Of a stretch of DNA of 64,000 nt, positions 18,392-28,046 are shown piece after piece. The notes beneath the pieces were generated by a model. It was not told where the DNA came from, ran no database searches, and saw nothing but the letters and a program-made list of their open reading frames with translations. Every line of letters begins with the position of its first letter. Position 1 is the first letter of the stretch. The stretch is from Candidatus Magasanikiibacteriota bacterium. Its GTDB lineage: Bacteria > Patescibacteriota > Patescibacteriia > Magasanikbacterales > GWA2-37-8. The position numbers were made by a program, and so were the translations under genes. The DNA lies in assembly GCA_016182085.1 (NCBI GenBank), contig JACOYB010000006.1, forward strand, positions 88,980 to 152,979. The letters run 5' to 3'.

Positions 18392-18577
18392 TATATATAG
18401 GTTCCCATATATACTCACTCGCTGCGCCACCGCTGAAGCTTTAGCGGCACGCGGTCGGAAATAATTAAGTACATTTAATTATTTCTCTTACTCACTTCGC
18501 ATATATTTAAGATATATTTTCATTCACTCGGAAATAAATAAGCAAGCTCATTTATTTCCTCATTCATTTCAAATATG
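18392..18577 (+). repeat. structured leader repeat, copy B (two tandem units plus a nested GC palindrome) ending at the gap ATG
   Basis: tcggaaataattaa-gtacat-ttaattatttc and tcattcactcggaaataaat...atttatttcctcattcatttcaaatATG; nested ccgctgaagctttagcgg. Confidence 0.8.
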
Positions 18578-19570
18578 AACATTGCTATAAATGGTTTTGG
18601 TAGAATAGGAAGACAAGCTTTTAAAGTCGCATTTGGCAGAAAAAAAATAAAAATTGTTGGCATCAATGATTTAACCGATACCAAAACCTTGGCCCATCTT
18701 TTAAAATATGACACTGCTTATGGAAAATATGGCAGTGAAGTGGATTTTGATGAAAAAAATTTAATTGTGGATGGCGAAAAAATTCCCGTGTTTGCGGAAA
18801 AAGATCCGAGCGTGTTGCCTTGGGAAAAATTAAAAGTAGATGTGGTTTTGGAGTGCACCGGCAGATTTACCAAAAAAGAAGATGCCGAGCTGCACCTCAA
18901 AGCCGGCGCTAAAAAAGTAGTAATTAGCGCTCCGGCCAAAGGCGGCGATGTACCAACCTATGTGCGCGCCGTAAATTGCGCCAAGTGCAACAAAGAAACT
19001 AGTACCGTAATAAATAACGCCTCCTGCACCACCAACAGCATTGGTCCGGTGATGGCCGTGCTTAATGAAACATTTGGTATAGAAAAAGCGATGATGACTA
19101 CCGCTCACGGCTATACTGCCGATCAGAATTTACAAGACGGCCCACACAAAGATTTACGTCGTGCTAGAGCTGCGGCCGAAAATATTGTGCCTACCACCAC
19201 CGGAGCGGCTATTGCCGTTACCGAAGTTATTCCTGGACTGGCCAATGTATTTGATGGGTTGGCTTTGCGTGTGCCAGTACCAACGGTTTCTGTATCAGAC
19301 ATGACGGTTTTGCTAAAGAAAAATGTTACTAAAGAAGAAATAAATCAAGCAATGATAGATGCTAGTAAGACAGGCAGATTTGCTGGCGTTTTAACCACTA
19401 CTACCGAACAATTAGTATCATCCGATTTTATCGGCAATACCCACTCTGCCATTGTGGATTTAAGCCTTACCAATGTAGTGGGTGGAAATTTGGTAAAAGT
19501 TGTATCTTGGTATGACAATGAAACCGGTTATGCGAATAGATTGGTGGAGATAGCGGAATTGTATGTTTAA
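18575..19570 (+). CDS. gap: type I glyceraldehyde-3-phosphate dehydrogenase
   Basis: INGFGRIGR, NASCTTN, RVPVPTVS, WYDNE. Confidence 0.97.
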   Translation: MNIAINGFGRIGRQAFKVAFGRKKIKIVGINDLTDTKTLAHLLKYDTAYGKYGSEVDFDEKNLIVDGEKIPVFAEKDPSVLPWEKLKVDVVLECTGRFTKKEDAELHLKAGAKKVVISAPAKGGDVPTYVRAVNCAKCNKETSTVINNASCTTNSIGPVMAVLNETFGIEKAMMTTAHGYTADQNLQDGPHKDLRRARAAAENIVPTTTGAAIAVTEVIPGLANVFDGLALRVPVPTVSVSDMTVLLKKNVTKEEINQAMIDASKTGRFAGVLTTTTEQLVSSDFIGNTHSAIVDLSLTNVVGGNLVKVVSWYDNETGYANRLVEIAELYV

Positions 19571-19572
19571 AT

Positions 19573-19920
19573 ATGTCAGAAATAAAAATAATAATTTCAA
19601 AAATATCAACGACAGAGATTAAAGCAATTGCCCAAGAACGTTTTGGCGATATGGTAAAATGTGTTGTTGATTTAGAAAAAGGTATAATGGCAATTGGCGG
19701 AGAAATGCATGCGGATGAAGAAGCTATTCTTTTAGAAAATGGTTCAAAACAAGAAAATTTATGGGGAATAAATTTGTATCCCGACAATAAAGGTGATGAT
19801 TTTGTGGAGTTTGATTCTATGATAAATATCAGACCAAGACAGAATAATCGTTCTCGCGGTGTAGAAAATGAAGAAATAAGAAAGAAAATTTTAGAGATTA
19901 TTAGTAAATTGGTTGGTTAA
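19573..19920 (+). CDS. DUF5674-like hypothetical protein
   Basis: KCVVD..GGEMHADEE.LLENGSKQENLWGINLYP..EFDSMINIRP pattern; family name from recall. Confidence 0.65.
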   Translation: MSEIKIIISKISTTEIKAIAQERFGDMVKCVVDLEKGIMAIGGEMHADEEAILLENGSKQENLWGINLYPDNKGDDFVEFDSMINIRPRQNNRSRGVENEEIRKKILEIISKLVG

Positions 19921-19921
19921 T

Positions 19922-20257
19922 ATGGTAGATTATATCCATCAAAATTTAGCGCAAGGAAAATGGTTTGCCATGTCTTTAAGCGAACAGCTCGGCAATGTTG
20001 GCAGTGAGGTAGGCCGTGCGGCCAAATGGCAGAGGCAGGGCAATGTAGTGTCGCGCGACAATGCTTTGGAGCGCGCCTTTGATTTATTAGATATGACTAT
20101 TGCCGACGTACGTAGAATAAAGTCATTAAAAGAATTATGTCGATCCCGTGAAGTGTTAGCCGATGTTTTCTATGGCGATAACCAGTACAAAGATTCGCCA
20201 GAGGCATTGGAAAAATATTTTTATCAATATGCCATGGCGGCGAGAAAAAATACATAA
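19922..20257 (+). CDS. hypothetical alpha-helical protein
   Basis: GKWFAMSLSEQLGNVGSEVGRA; closely coupled to both neighbours. Confidence 0.7.
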   Translation: MVDYIHQNLAQGKWFAMSLSEQLGNVGSEVGRAAKWQRQGNVVSRDNALERAFDLLDMTIADVRRIKSLKELCRSREVLADVFYGDNQYKDSPEALEKYFYQYAMAARKNT

Positions 20258-20259
20258 AT

Positions 20260-21648
20260 ATGAATCGTATTCTAACAACTGAAACTGTAAATAAAGTAGG
20301 AGAGGAAGTAGTGTTAAAAGGCTGGGTAAACGCTCGCCGTAATATGGGCAAGATTGTCTTTTTGGATTTGCGAGATCGCGGCGGTATTGTGCAGGTAGTG
20401 GGTGTGCCAAGCGAACTTGATGAAGCTTCAAATGAAAGTCTAAAAGAAGTCCGTCCGGAATGGGTAATCCAAATCAAAGGTATAGTAAAAGAACGTGGCG
20501 AGAAACAAAAAAATTCGGATATGCCAACCGGTACGGTTGAAATTTTGATGAAAGAATTAGTTGTATTAAACCAGGCCGAAACCCCGCCGTTTGAAATAGA
20601 TAAAGATACAAAAGGCATAAACGAAGAACTTCGTCTTAAGTATCGTTACTTGGATTTGCGTTCAGAACGCATGTTAAAGAATTTAATTTTACGCGATAAA
20701 GTAGAAACATTTTTCCGAGAGTATTTGCACGCCAAAAATTTTATTGAAGTAGAAACTCCAAATCTTACCAAGGGCACTCCGGAAGGTTCGCGTGAATTTT
20801 TGGTGCCATCTCGTGTGCACTCTGGCAAAATGTACGTGCTTCCTCAATCACCGCAGCAGTTTAAGCAGCTGCTTATGGTGGGTGGAGTAGAAAAGTATTT
20901 CCAAGTTGCCAGATGTTTCCGCGACGAAGACCAGCGCGGCGACCGTCAGCCGGAATTTACCCAGCTTGATTTGGAAATGAGTTTTGTAGAACAAGAAGAT
21001 GTTTTAAATCTGGTAGAAAATATGATGGTAGAGCTGGTGGCCAAAGTTGCGCCAGAAAAAAAGATTCAATCTGTGCCATTTCCACGTATTAGTTATAAAG
21101 AAGCAATGGAAAAATATAATTCTGACAAACCGGATTTACGAGAAGATAAAAACGATCCAAATTTATTTGCCTTTGAATGGGTGGTAGATTTCCCGATGTT
21201 TGAAAAAGCCGATGATGGTTCGGTGCAAGCTGTGCATCATCCATTTACTTCGCCACGCGCAGAAGATATGGACAAACTTGGTTCCGATCCGTTTAGTGTA
21301 CGTGCCAATGCCTATGATCTGGTTTTAAACGGCAACGAAATTTTTGGCGGCAGTATCCGTATCCACAAACGAGAATTACAAAACAAAGTATTTGAACTAC
21401 TGGGCTTGGATGAAAAAACAATTCAAGAACGTTTTGGCCACATGCTCGAAGCGTTTACTTTTGGCGCGCCTCCGCACGGCGGCATTGCTTCGGGAATAGA
21501 TCGTATTCTTATGTTGCTCGCCAACGAAGAAAATATTCGTGAAGTAATTCCGTTCCCAAAAACCGGTGATGCCAGAGATTTGATGATGAATGCGCCGTCG
21601 GAGATGCCAGAGCAGGCACTGAAAGATGTGCATATAAAATTAGCATAA
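20260..21648 (+). CDS. aspS: aspartate--tRNA ligase (short form lacking the GAD insertion)
   Basis: FLDLRDRGG, LPQSPQQFKQLLM, CFRDEDQRGDRQPEFTQLD, GAPPHGGIASGIDR; 462 aa. Confidence 0.95.
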   Translation: MNRILTTETVNKVGEEVVLKGWVNARRNMGKIVFLDLRDRGGIVQVVGVPSELDEASNESLKEVRPEWVIQIKGIVKERGEKQKNSDMPTGTVEILMKELVVLNQAETPPFEIDKDTKGINEELRLKYRYLDLRSERMLKNLILRDKVETFFREYLHAKNFIEVETPNLTKGTPEGSREFLVPSRVHSGKMYVLPQSPQQFKQLLMVGGVEKYFQVARCFRDEDQRGDRQPEFTQLDLEMSFVEQEDVLNLVENMMVELVAKVAPEKKIQSVPFPRISYKEAMEKYNSDKPDLREDKNDPNLFAFEWVVDFPMFEKADDGSVQAVHHPFTSPRAEDMDKLGSDPFSVRANAYDLVLNGNEIFGGSIRIHKRELQNKVFELLGLDEKTIQERFGHMLEAFTFGAPPHGGIASGIDRILMLLANEENIREVIPFPKTGDARDLMMNAPSEMPEQALKDVHIKLA

Positions 21649-21658
21649 CGAGTTTCGT

Positions 21659-21765
21659 TGTCATCCCGAGCGGACTCGCCTAGGCGAGGGAGTCGAGGGA
21701 TCCCTTACACTTGGGTATTGCAAGTATGATATTTAAGGGATTCCTCCACTTCGGTCGGAATGACA
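21659..21765. repeat. intergenic full TGTCAT...ATGACA palindromic element with nested ctcgcctaggcgag hairpin
   Basis: tgtcatcccgagcgga...gagggatccctta...taagggattcctccacttcggtcggaatgaca. Confidence 0.85.
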
Positions 21766-21781
21766 GTTGCGGAGAAAATAT

Positions 21782-22474
21782 ATGAAAGAACTAAAACTAG
21801 AAAAATTTGAAGGCCCTTTGGATTTGCTCTTGCAGCTCATTGATCAAGAAAAGTTAAGTATTACCGAAATCTCTTTATCCAAAGTTACGGAGCAGTTTTT
21901 TTCTTACTTGGATAAATTGGAAAAAAATCGTCCCGAGGAACTGGCAGATTTTTTGGTTGTTGCCGCCAGACTTATCTATTTAAAATCACACCATTTACTC
22001 CAGTATGCCAGCCCCCAGGAAGAAGAAAATGGCCCGGCACTAGCCGATCAATTAAAGCTTTATAAACAGTACGTAGACGCAAGCAAAACCATAAATATTT
22101 TATGGCAAGCTGGTAAATTAGCTTATGGCCGCGTGGAGCCGCCGATACCAATAAAAGAGTTTATTTTGCCTGCCAATGCGGACAAGGATAGTTTGTACAA
22201 AGCCATGGTATTTTTGGTAAATCGCCTTAAGCCGCTTGAGCCGCTGCCAAAAGTTACCATAGATCATTCGGTCTCGGTGAAGCAAAAAATTGACGTTATT
22301 AGAAATCTGTTAAAAGGCGCAAAACAATTTAGTTTTACGCACTTACTTTCCTCGGCAAAAAATAAAACCGAAGTCATTGTAAATTTTTTAGCCATTTTGG
22401 AACTGGTAAAAGAAAAATCGGTGCTGGTAAAACAAACCCTGGCTTTTGAAGATATGTTAATTGTAAGGAGATAA
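21782..22474 (+). CDS. scpA: segregation/condensation protein A (kleisin)
   Basis: FEGPLDLLLQLI, ADFLVVAARLIYLKS, FLAILELVK. Confidence 0.93.
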   Translation: MKELKLEKFEGPLDLLLQLIDQEKLSITEISLSKVTEQFFSYLDKLEKNRPEELADFLVVAARLIYLKSHHLLQYASPQEEENGPALADQLKLYKQYVDASKTINILWQAGKLAYGRVEPPIPIKEFILPANADKDSLYKAMVFLVNRLKPLEPLPKVTIDHSVSVKQKIDVIRNLLKGAKQFSFTHLLSSAKNKTEVIVNFLAILELVKEKSVLVKQTLAFEDMLIVRR

Positions 22475-22478
22475 GTAT

Positions 22479-23012
22479 ATGACTACGCAAGCAAAAATTG
22501 AGAGCATTTTATTTGTCGCTTCCAAGCCGCTGACCGCTAAAAAAATAGCAGGCGTCTTAAAGGCGCAAGAAAAAGACGTGTTGGAATCATTGCAGGCATT
22601 ACAAGCAAAACATAATCATGAAAATTCCGGTATTGTGGTGCTGAAAAATAATAATGAATGGCAAATGATGGCCAGTCCGGAAAATAGAGAAGAATCGGAG
22701 AATTTCATGAAAGCCGAAGTTTCGGAAGAGTTGACTCGACCGCAGCTGGAAACCCTAACGGTAATTTCATATTGCGGCCCGATTACCAAACCGGAACTGG
22801 AGCAAATCAGAGGTGTAAATTGCGGCCTTATCTTGCGCAATTTAATGTTACGGGGACTGGTAAAAGAAAATGAAGACAGCGCTAGTCTGTTGCCAACATA
22901 CGAAGTTACGATGGAATACTTACGGCACATGGGCGTGCATAGTTTGGAAGAATTGCCTAATTATGCCCAGTTGCATAATCATCCGTATATAATTGGCGTT
23001 AGTCAGGAATAG
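22479..23012 (+). CDS. scpB: segregation/condensation protein B
   Basis: IESILFVA, LETLTVISY.GPITKPELEQIRGVN, LEELP. Confidence 0.93.
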   Translation: MTTQAKIESILFVASKPLTAKKIAGVLKAQEKDVLESLQALQAKHNHENSGIVVLKNNNEWQMMASPENREESENFMKAEVSEELTRPQLETLTVISYCGPITKPELEQIRGVNCGLILRNLMLRGLVKENEDSASLLPTYEVTMEYLRHMGVHSLEELPNYAQLHNHPYIIGVSQE

Positions 23013-23022
23013 CTGTATTTAT

Positions 23023-24042
23023 ATGTTATCTAAATTTTCCGATTTTCTATCATCAATTGGCGTAATGCTGGCGGGGATTTTTCTATTATTTTTTTCTTCA
23101 GTTTATTTTGCCTCGGCAGACACCCCTTCTTTTTTGCAATTTCCAACCAGCGGAAAAAGAGCGCAAGTCGCAGAGGGCGCAGCTTTGGAAAATTTGCCAA
23201 TCAGTAAACCGGCCGTGCCGCTGTTAAAAAATCCCGATTTAAAAATTGACAATTTGGCCACAGTAGCGGCAGCTTCAGCCGTGGCAGTTGATGCCAAAAC
23301 GAAAACTATTTTATTTAATAAAAATGCCGGTGAAATAAGGTCCTTGGCCAGTATCACTAAACTTATGACCGCGATGGTGCTGTTGGATTTGCCGATGCAA
23401 TGGAATTCAAGCGCCACCATAACCGAAGAAGATATGGCCGGCGATCATCACGTGGAAGTGGGGGAACGATTTACATTGGAAGATCTGTGGCATGTAGCGT
23501 TAATCGGTTCTTCCAACACAGCCATCAAGGCGCTCGTTAGAAGCAGTGGTCTTAGCCAAGAACAGTTTGTGGCGCTGATGAATCAAAAAGCAAAAGAATT
23601 ACGATTGTCCTCCGCTCGTTTTAACGAACCAACAGGTCTGTCGGAAAAGAATATGGCGAGCGGTGTGGATACTGCCCGGCTGCTTATTGACGCGTTAACA
23701 TTTGATAAAATTTATTCAACCGTTCAAATTGGTGAATATTACGCGCATCCGCTGGGCGGCAAAAAAGCCCGAAGGGTATGGACAACCAACTGGCTGCTCA
23801 CCGACTGGATTCCAAATAATTTTAAAGTTGAAAATATTGCCGGAAAAACTGGTTATATAGACAGTTCAGGATATAATTTTGTCGTCAGTTTAAGCAATGA
23901 AAAAACACACACCATTACGGTGGCAGTTTTAGGCGCGGCCAGCAACGAAGCCAGATTCAGCGAGGCGCGCGATTTGGCCGAATGGGTTTTTGCAAATTAC
24001 ACCTGGCCCGATGAAGAAGGATATGGCAAGCTTATACAGTAG
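23023..24042 (+). CDS. D-alanyl-D-alanine carboxypeptidase/endopeptidase (peptidase S11)
   Basis: ASITKLMT (SxxK), SSN (SxN), GKTGY; N-terminal TM. Confidence 0.88.
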   Translation: MLSKFSDFLSSIGVMLAGIFLLFFSSVYFASADTPSFLQFPTSGKRAQVAEGAALENLPISKPAVPLLKNPDLKIDNLATVAAASAVAVDAKTKTILFNKNAGEIRSLASITKLMTAMVLLDLPMQWNSSATITEEDMAGDHHVEVGERFTLEDLWHVALIGSSNTAIKALVRSSGLSQEQFVALMNQKAKELRLSSARFNEPTGLSEKNMASGVDTARLLIDALTFDKIYSTVQIGEYYAHPLGGKKARRVWTTNWLLTDWIPNNFKVENIAGKTGYIDSSGYNFVVSLSNEKTHTITVAVLGAASNEARFSEARDLAEWVFANYTWPDEEGYGKLIQ

Positions 24043-24078
24043 TGTCGTGTTTAGTGTACAAGATAATACATTGTCATT

Positions 24079-24525
24079 ATGGAAAAGAATATTGTAATAA
24101 AAGAAGATTCTATAGAAATCGCAGTTGCTGTTAACGCGACGATAGCGGAATTTGAATCCAAGTACAGTAAAGAGTATTTTCAGGAACGCATTAATGGTAA
24201 AGACAGTTTGATCCTAGTTGCATATGCTGACAATCAGCCTGTCGGATATATGGTGTCATACAAAAAACATGACGACAGTTCATTTTATTGCTGGATGACT
24301 GGTGTCAATCCGGTTTTTCGTAGACTGGGCATATTGAATAAATTGATGCGCCGATTAACTGAGTGGGCAAAACAGCATGGTTATAAAAAAATAACCATTA
24401 AAACCAGGAATAGCCGTAGAGAAATGCTGTCGTATTTAGTTAAATCCGGTTTTAACTTTACTGAGGTCCAGCCGCAAATTTTGATTGAAGATAATAGAAT
24501 CCTGCTGGAAAAGATGGTGGCGTAA
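24079..24525 (+). CDS. GNAT-family N-acetyltransferase
   Basis: GVNPVFRRLGI acetyl-CoA motif A, KSGF. Confidence 0.85.
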   Translation: MEKNIVIKEDSIEIAVAVNATIAEFESKYSKEYFQERINGKDSLILVAYADNQPVGYMVSYKKHDDSSFYCWMTGVNPVFRRLGILNKLMRRLTEWAKQHGYKKITIKTRNSRREMLSYLVKSGFNFTEVQPQILIEDNRILLEKMVA

Positions 24526-24621
24526 GTTTGTTATATAAATGTCTTCTCAGGATGTAACAAAAAGAGTATAATATGTATTATCAAATATATAGGTATTTTG
24601 TTACTCAAGCAACATATTAAA

Positions 24622-25794
24622 ATGTCATTCAAAAACCTGGATCAAGCTGGCAAGTTATTCGGTAAAACCGTATTATTACGGACAGATTTTAATGTGCCCC
24701 TAAAAGGCAAAATAGTTCAGGATAATTTTAAAATTAAAAAAGGCTTGGTTACCATAAAGGATTTAATGGAAAAAGGCGCGAAAGTAGTAGTTATCAGCCA
24801 CTTGGGACGGCCAAAAGGCATGGATAAAAAACTAAGCCTGCGTCCAGTAGCGGCGGAACTCAGCAAATTTTTGCAAAAGAGCATTCCCGTGCTGGATGTG
24901 CGGAGTTTAGAAAAAACCAAGATAAAAATTGATAAATTATTGCCAGGTTCGGTGGTTATGCTGGAAAATATTCGATTTGCCAAAGGCGAGGTGGAAAATT
25001 CCGATGCTTTTGCCAAAGAATTGGCGGATTTGGGAGACGCCTTTGTGCTAGACGGTTTCGCGGTGGCGCACCGAGAAGCGCCGTCTGTATCCGGAGTTGC
25101 CAAGTATTTATTCGCCTATGCCGGATTTTTACTCGAAGAAGAAATAGAAGGATTAAATCAAATAATTAAAAAACCGAAAAAACCGCTCGTAGCAATACTC
25201 GGCGGTATTAAAATGGAAACCAAGATTCCGGTATTAAAAAATTTGTTAAAAAAAGCCGATTATATTTTGGTGGGCGGAGGGATTGTAAACACGTATCTGT
25301 GGGCCAGAGGCCATAAGGTCGGCAGTTCAGTAGTTGATAAAAATTTTAAAAAAGAAATATTGCGCTACTGTTCAAATAAAAAAGTTATTTTACCGGTAGA
25401 CGTGATTGTGGGGCCGAAAAACGGAAAAAAGGCGAAAGCGGTGAGCGTTAAAAATTTAAATGTAAAAAAAGAGCTCGGAATTTTTGATATTGGTCCGCAA
25501 AGCATAAAATTATTCGCGCGTTATATAAAGAAAGCGAAAACCTTGGTTTGGAATGGGGCTATGGGAAATTTTGAGCAGCATCCGTACCAGTACGGTACCC
25601 ATTCAATGGCGCGGCTAGTCGCGTCTCGATCAAAAGGCAAGGCGTTCGGTGTAGCTGGCGGCGGAGAAACAATTGAAGTTATGAAAAAATTGCACGTGCT
25701 AAACGATCTGGATTTAGCTTCAACCGGCGGCGGATCTATGTTAGAATACTTAAGCGGAAGAAGTTTGCCTGGTATAGAGGCATTAAAAAATTAA
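24622..25794 (+). CDS. pgk: phosphoglycerate kinase
   Basis: RTDFNVP, SHLGRP, LENIRF, WNGAMG, STGGGSMLEYL. Confidence 0.95.
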   Translation: MSFKNLDQAGKLFGKTVLLRTDFNVPLKGKIVQDNFKIKKGLVTIKDLMEKGAKVVVISHLGRPKGMDKKLSLRPVAAELSKFLQKSIPVLDVRSLEKTKIKIDKLLPGSVVMLENIRFAKGEVENSDAFAKELADLGDAFVLDGFAVAHREAPSVSGVAKYLFAYAGFLLEEEIEGLNQIIKKPKKPLVAILGGIKMETKIPVLKNLLKKADYILVGGGIVNTYLWARGHKVGSSVVDKNFKKEILRYCSNKKVILPVDVIVGPKNGKKAKAVSVKNLNVKKELGIFDIGPQSIKLFARYIKKAKTLVWNGAMGNFEQHPYQYGTHSMARLVASRSKGKAFGVAGGGETIEVMKKLHVLNDLDLASTGGGSMLEYLSGRSLPGIEALKN

Positions 25795-25850
25795 TTATTA
25801 ACTTTAATTGGACCCTTCGCTTTACGCGGAGTAGTCCGGAGGACAACTAT

Positions 25851-26687
25851 ATGGCCTTACCAACAGGTGGAAATAAAATGGATCAAACAACATCGGGTGG
25901 TATGTGTGGAAGATGGGGGTGCTATAACAGCCATCACTTTGGACATAGAATTCTTATGACCGTGGTGGGGATTCTCTTGGTGTATGGAGTTTTTTATGTT
26001 GGCACGCTTATCCGTAACAACATGAAAGAGTATGATTTCATTGGCAAAGCCGACCGCGCGGAAAGAACTGTAATTATCAATGGATTTGGAAAAGTCACGG
26101 GTAAAAATGATATTGCGGTTACCACTATCGGTTTTTCCAATACCGATAAAGACGTGGCTAAAGCTCAAGCTGATAATAAAAAGGTAATGGATCAAGTGTA
26201 TTTGGATCTAAAGGCCATGGGAATTGAAGAAAAAGATTTACAGAGCAGCTATACAATTAGTCCGGATTATAATTATACCGAACAGCGAGGTCAGGAGCTG
26301 CGCGGATACAGAGTATCAAACAGTTTGACTGTAAAAATTAGAGATTTAAGCAAGGTAAGTAATGTCTTGGCGTTGGCCGGCAAACATGGCGCAACCGAAG
26401 TCGGGGGTTTAAGCTTTACCATAGATGATCCGGAAAATTTAAAAACCGAAGCCAGGGAAAAGGCTTTAGTTGACGCGAAAACTAAAGCTGAACGTTTAGG
26501 ACAAAAATTGGGTTTACGTTTAGGCGGTATCATTTCTTATAGTGAATACGAAGGTCCTGACTACGGCCCATACGCAGCTAATAAAATGTATGATGTAGGC
26601 GGTATGGGTGGGTCTGCGCCAATAGCCGTGCCAGGTGGAAGTATGGATGTAACAATGAACGTGAGCGTAGTGTACGAGGTTTTATAG
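25851..26687 (+). CDS. SIMPL (DUF541) domain membrane-anchored protein
   Basis: TM near N-terminus; GYRVSNSLTVKIRDL, AREKALVDAKTKAE, VSVVYE; GGAGG upstream. Confidence 0.85.
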   Translation: MALPTGGNKMDQTTSGGMCGRWGCYNSHHFGHRILMTVVGILLVYGVFYVGTLIRNNMKEYDFIGKADRAERTVIINGFGKVTGKNDIAVTTIGFSNTDKDVAKAQADNKKVMDQVYLDLKAMGIEEKDLQSSYTISPDYNYTEQRGQELRGYRVSNSLTVKIRDLSKVSNVLALAGKHGATEVGGLSFTIDDPENLKTEAREKALVDAKTKAERLGQKLGLRLGGIISYSEYEGPDYGPYAANKMYDVGGMGGSAPIAVPGGSMDVTMNVSVVYEVL

Positions 26688-26698
26688 TAAAAACAGAG

Positions 26699-26737
26699 AA
26701 AGAGGCCCTGTAATTAGCAAAAAGGGGCCTCTTTTTT
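26699..26737 (+). terminator. intrinsic terminator
   Basis: aaagaggccct...ggggcctcttttttt. Confidence 0.65.
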
Positions 26738-26785
26738 GTTAAATTAAAGTATGATATAATTATCTTTATAACTTCTTTATCTTGT

Positions 26786-28033
26786 ATGAAAATAAAACAA
26801 ATCAGCGCTCGTGAAATCCTAGATTCGCGCGGTAATCCTACGGTAGAGGCAAAAGTAGTGTTGGAAAACGGCCTAAGCGCGGTTGCTAAAGTCCCTTCCG
26901 GCGCTTCAACTGGAACGCATGAAGCCCTAGAGCTTCGTGATGGCGGTAAAAGATATGGAGGAAAAGGGGTGCTGCAGGCTGTAAAGAACGTAAATACCGC
27001 GATTGCTAAAGCGCTACTTGGCATGGAAATAACTGAAATGGAAAAAATAGACGCGGCTATGATCGCGCTTGATGGCACCAAAAATAAATCAAAATTAGGC
27101 GCAAACGCGATTTTATCCGTGTCGCTCGCCGCGGCCCGAGTCGGCGCGCTTTCCGTAAATGTACCGCTCTATAAATATATAAGACAAGTATATAAAATTC
27201 CGGCAACAGATTTCAGAATGCCTGTTTTAGGCATGAATATTATAAACGGCGGCCGGCACGCGGATAACGGATTGTCCATTCAAGAATTTATGATCATGCC
27301 GCGCCATAAATTATTGCGAGAACGAGTGCGCATGGGTTCGCAAATTTTTCACGCTTTGGCGGGCTTATTGAGCCAGAAAGGGTATTCAACCGGCGTGGGT
27401 GATGAAGGTGGCTTCGCGCCAGAATTATCCAATAACGAACGAGGCATACAACTAATCTTGGAAGCAATAAAATTGGCCGGTTGGGAACCGGGCAAACAGG
27501 TATTTTTGGGCCTGGATGTCGCCGCATCCGAGTTTTATCGTCATGGAAATTATTATTTTTTGGGCAACAAACAGCCATGGCGCGCGGCAAAAATGATAGA
27601 CACCTTAAAACAATGGGTGAAAAAGTATCCGATTATTGCGATTGAGGATGGCCTTGCCGAAGATGATTGGCAAAATTGGGCAATGTTAACAAAAGAATTG
27701 GGGAAGAAAATAGTTTTGGTCGGCGATGATTTATTTGTAACTAATCCCAAGCGAATCTCCCGAGGCATAAAAGAGCAGGTGGCTAATGCCGTACTTATCA
27801 AAGTAAATCAAATCGGCACCTTATCCGAAACTGTTGCGGCTATAAAGTTGGCTCGCGCTCATAAGTATCAAATATTTGTGTCGCACCGCAGCGGTGAAAC
27901 CGCCGATACATTCATTGCCGATTTGGCGGTGGCGGTAAATTCTGAATTTATTAAAACCGGTTCCATGTCGCGTTCCGAACGAGTAGAAAAGTACAATCGT
28001 TTAATGGAAATTGAAATGGAATTAGAGGGTTAG
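26786..28033 (+). CDS. eno: enolase
   Basis: DSRGNPTVE, VPSGASTG, GDEGGFAP, SHRSGET, IKTGS..RSERVEKYN. Confidence 0.97.
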   Translation: MKIKQISAREILDSRGNPTVEAKVVLENGLSAVAKVPSGASTGTHEALELRDGGKRYGGKGVLQAVKNVNTAIAKALLGMEITEMEKIDAAMIALDGTKNKSKLGANAILSVSLAAARVGALSVNVPLYKYIRQVYKIPATDFRMPVLGMNIINGGRHADNGLSIQEFMIMPRHKLLRERVRMGSQIFHALAGLLSQKGYSTGVGDEGGFAPELSNNERGIQLILEAIKLAGWEPGKQVFLGLDVAASEFYRHGNYYFLGNKQPWRAAKMIDTLKQWVKKYPIIAIEDGLAEDDWQNWAMLTKELGKKIVLVGDDLFVTNPKRISRGIKEQVANAVLIKVNQIGTLSETVAAIKLARAHKYQIFVSHRSGETADTFIADLAVAVNSEFIKTGSMSRSERVEKYNRLMEIEMELEG

Positions 28034-28046
28034 ATGCGCATGATTT

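Noticed and set aside
20260-21648. Short AspRS as a pseudogene
   Set aside because: All class II motifs and the anticodon domain are intact; only the dispensable GAD insert is absent.
24079-24525. GNAT as the missing acyltransferase of the 39-46 kb operon
   Set aside because: It is 15 kb away in a housekeeping context and nothing in the sequence links them.
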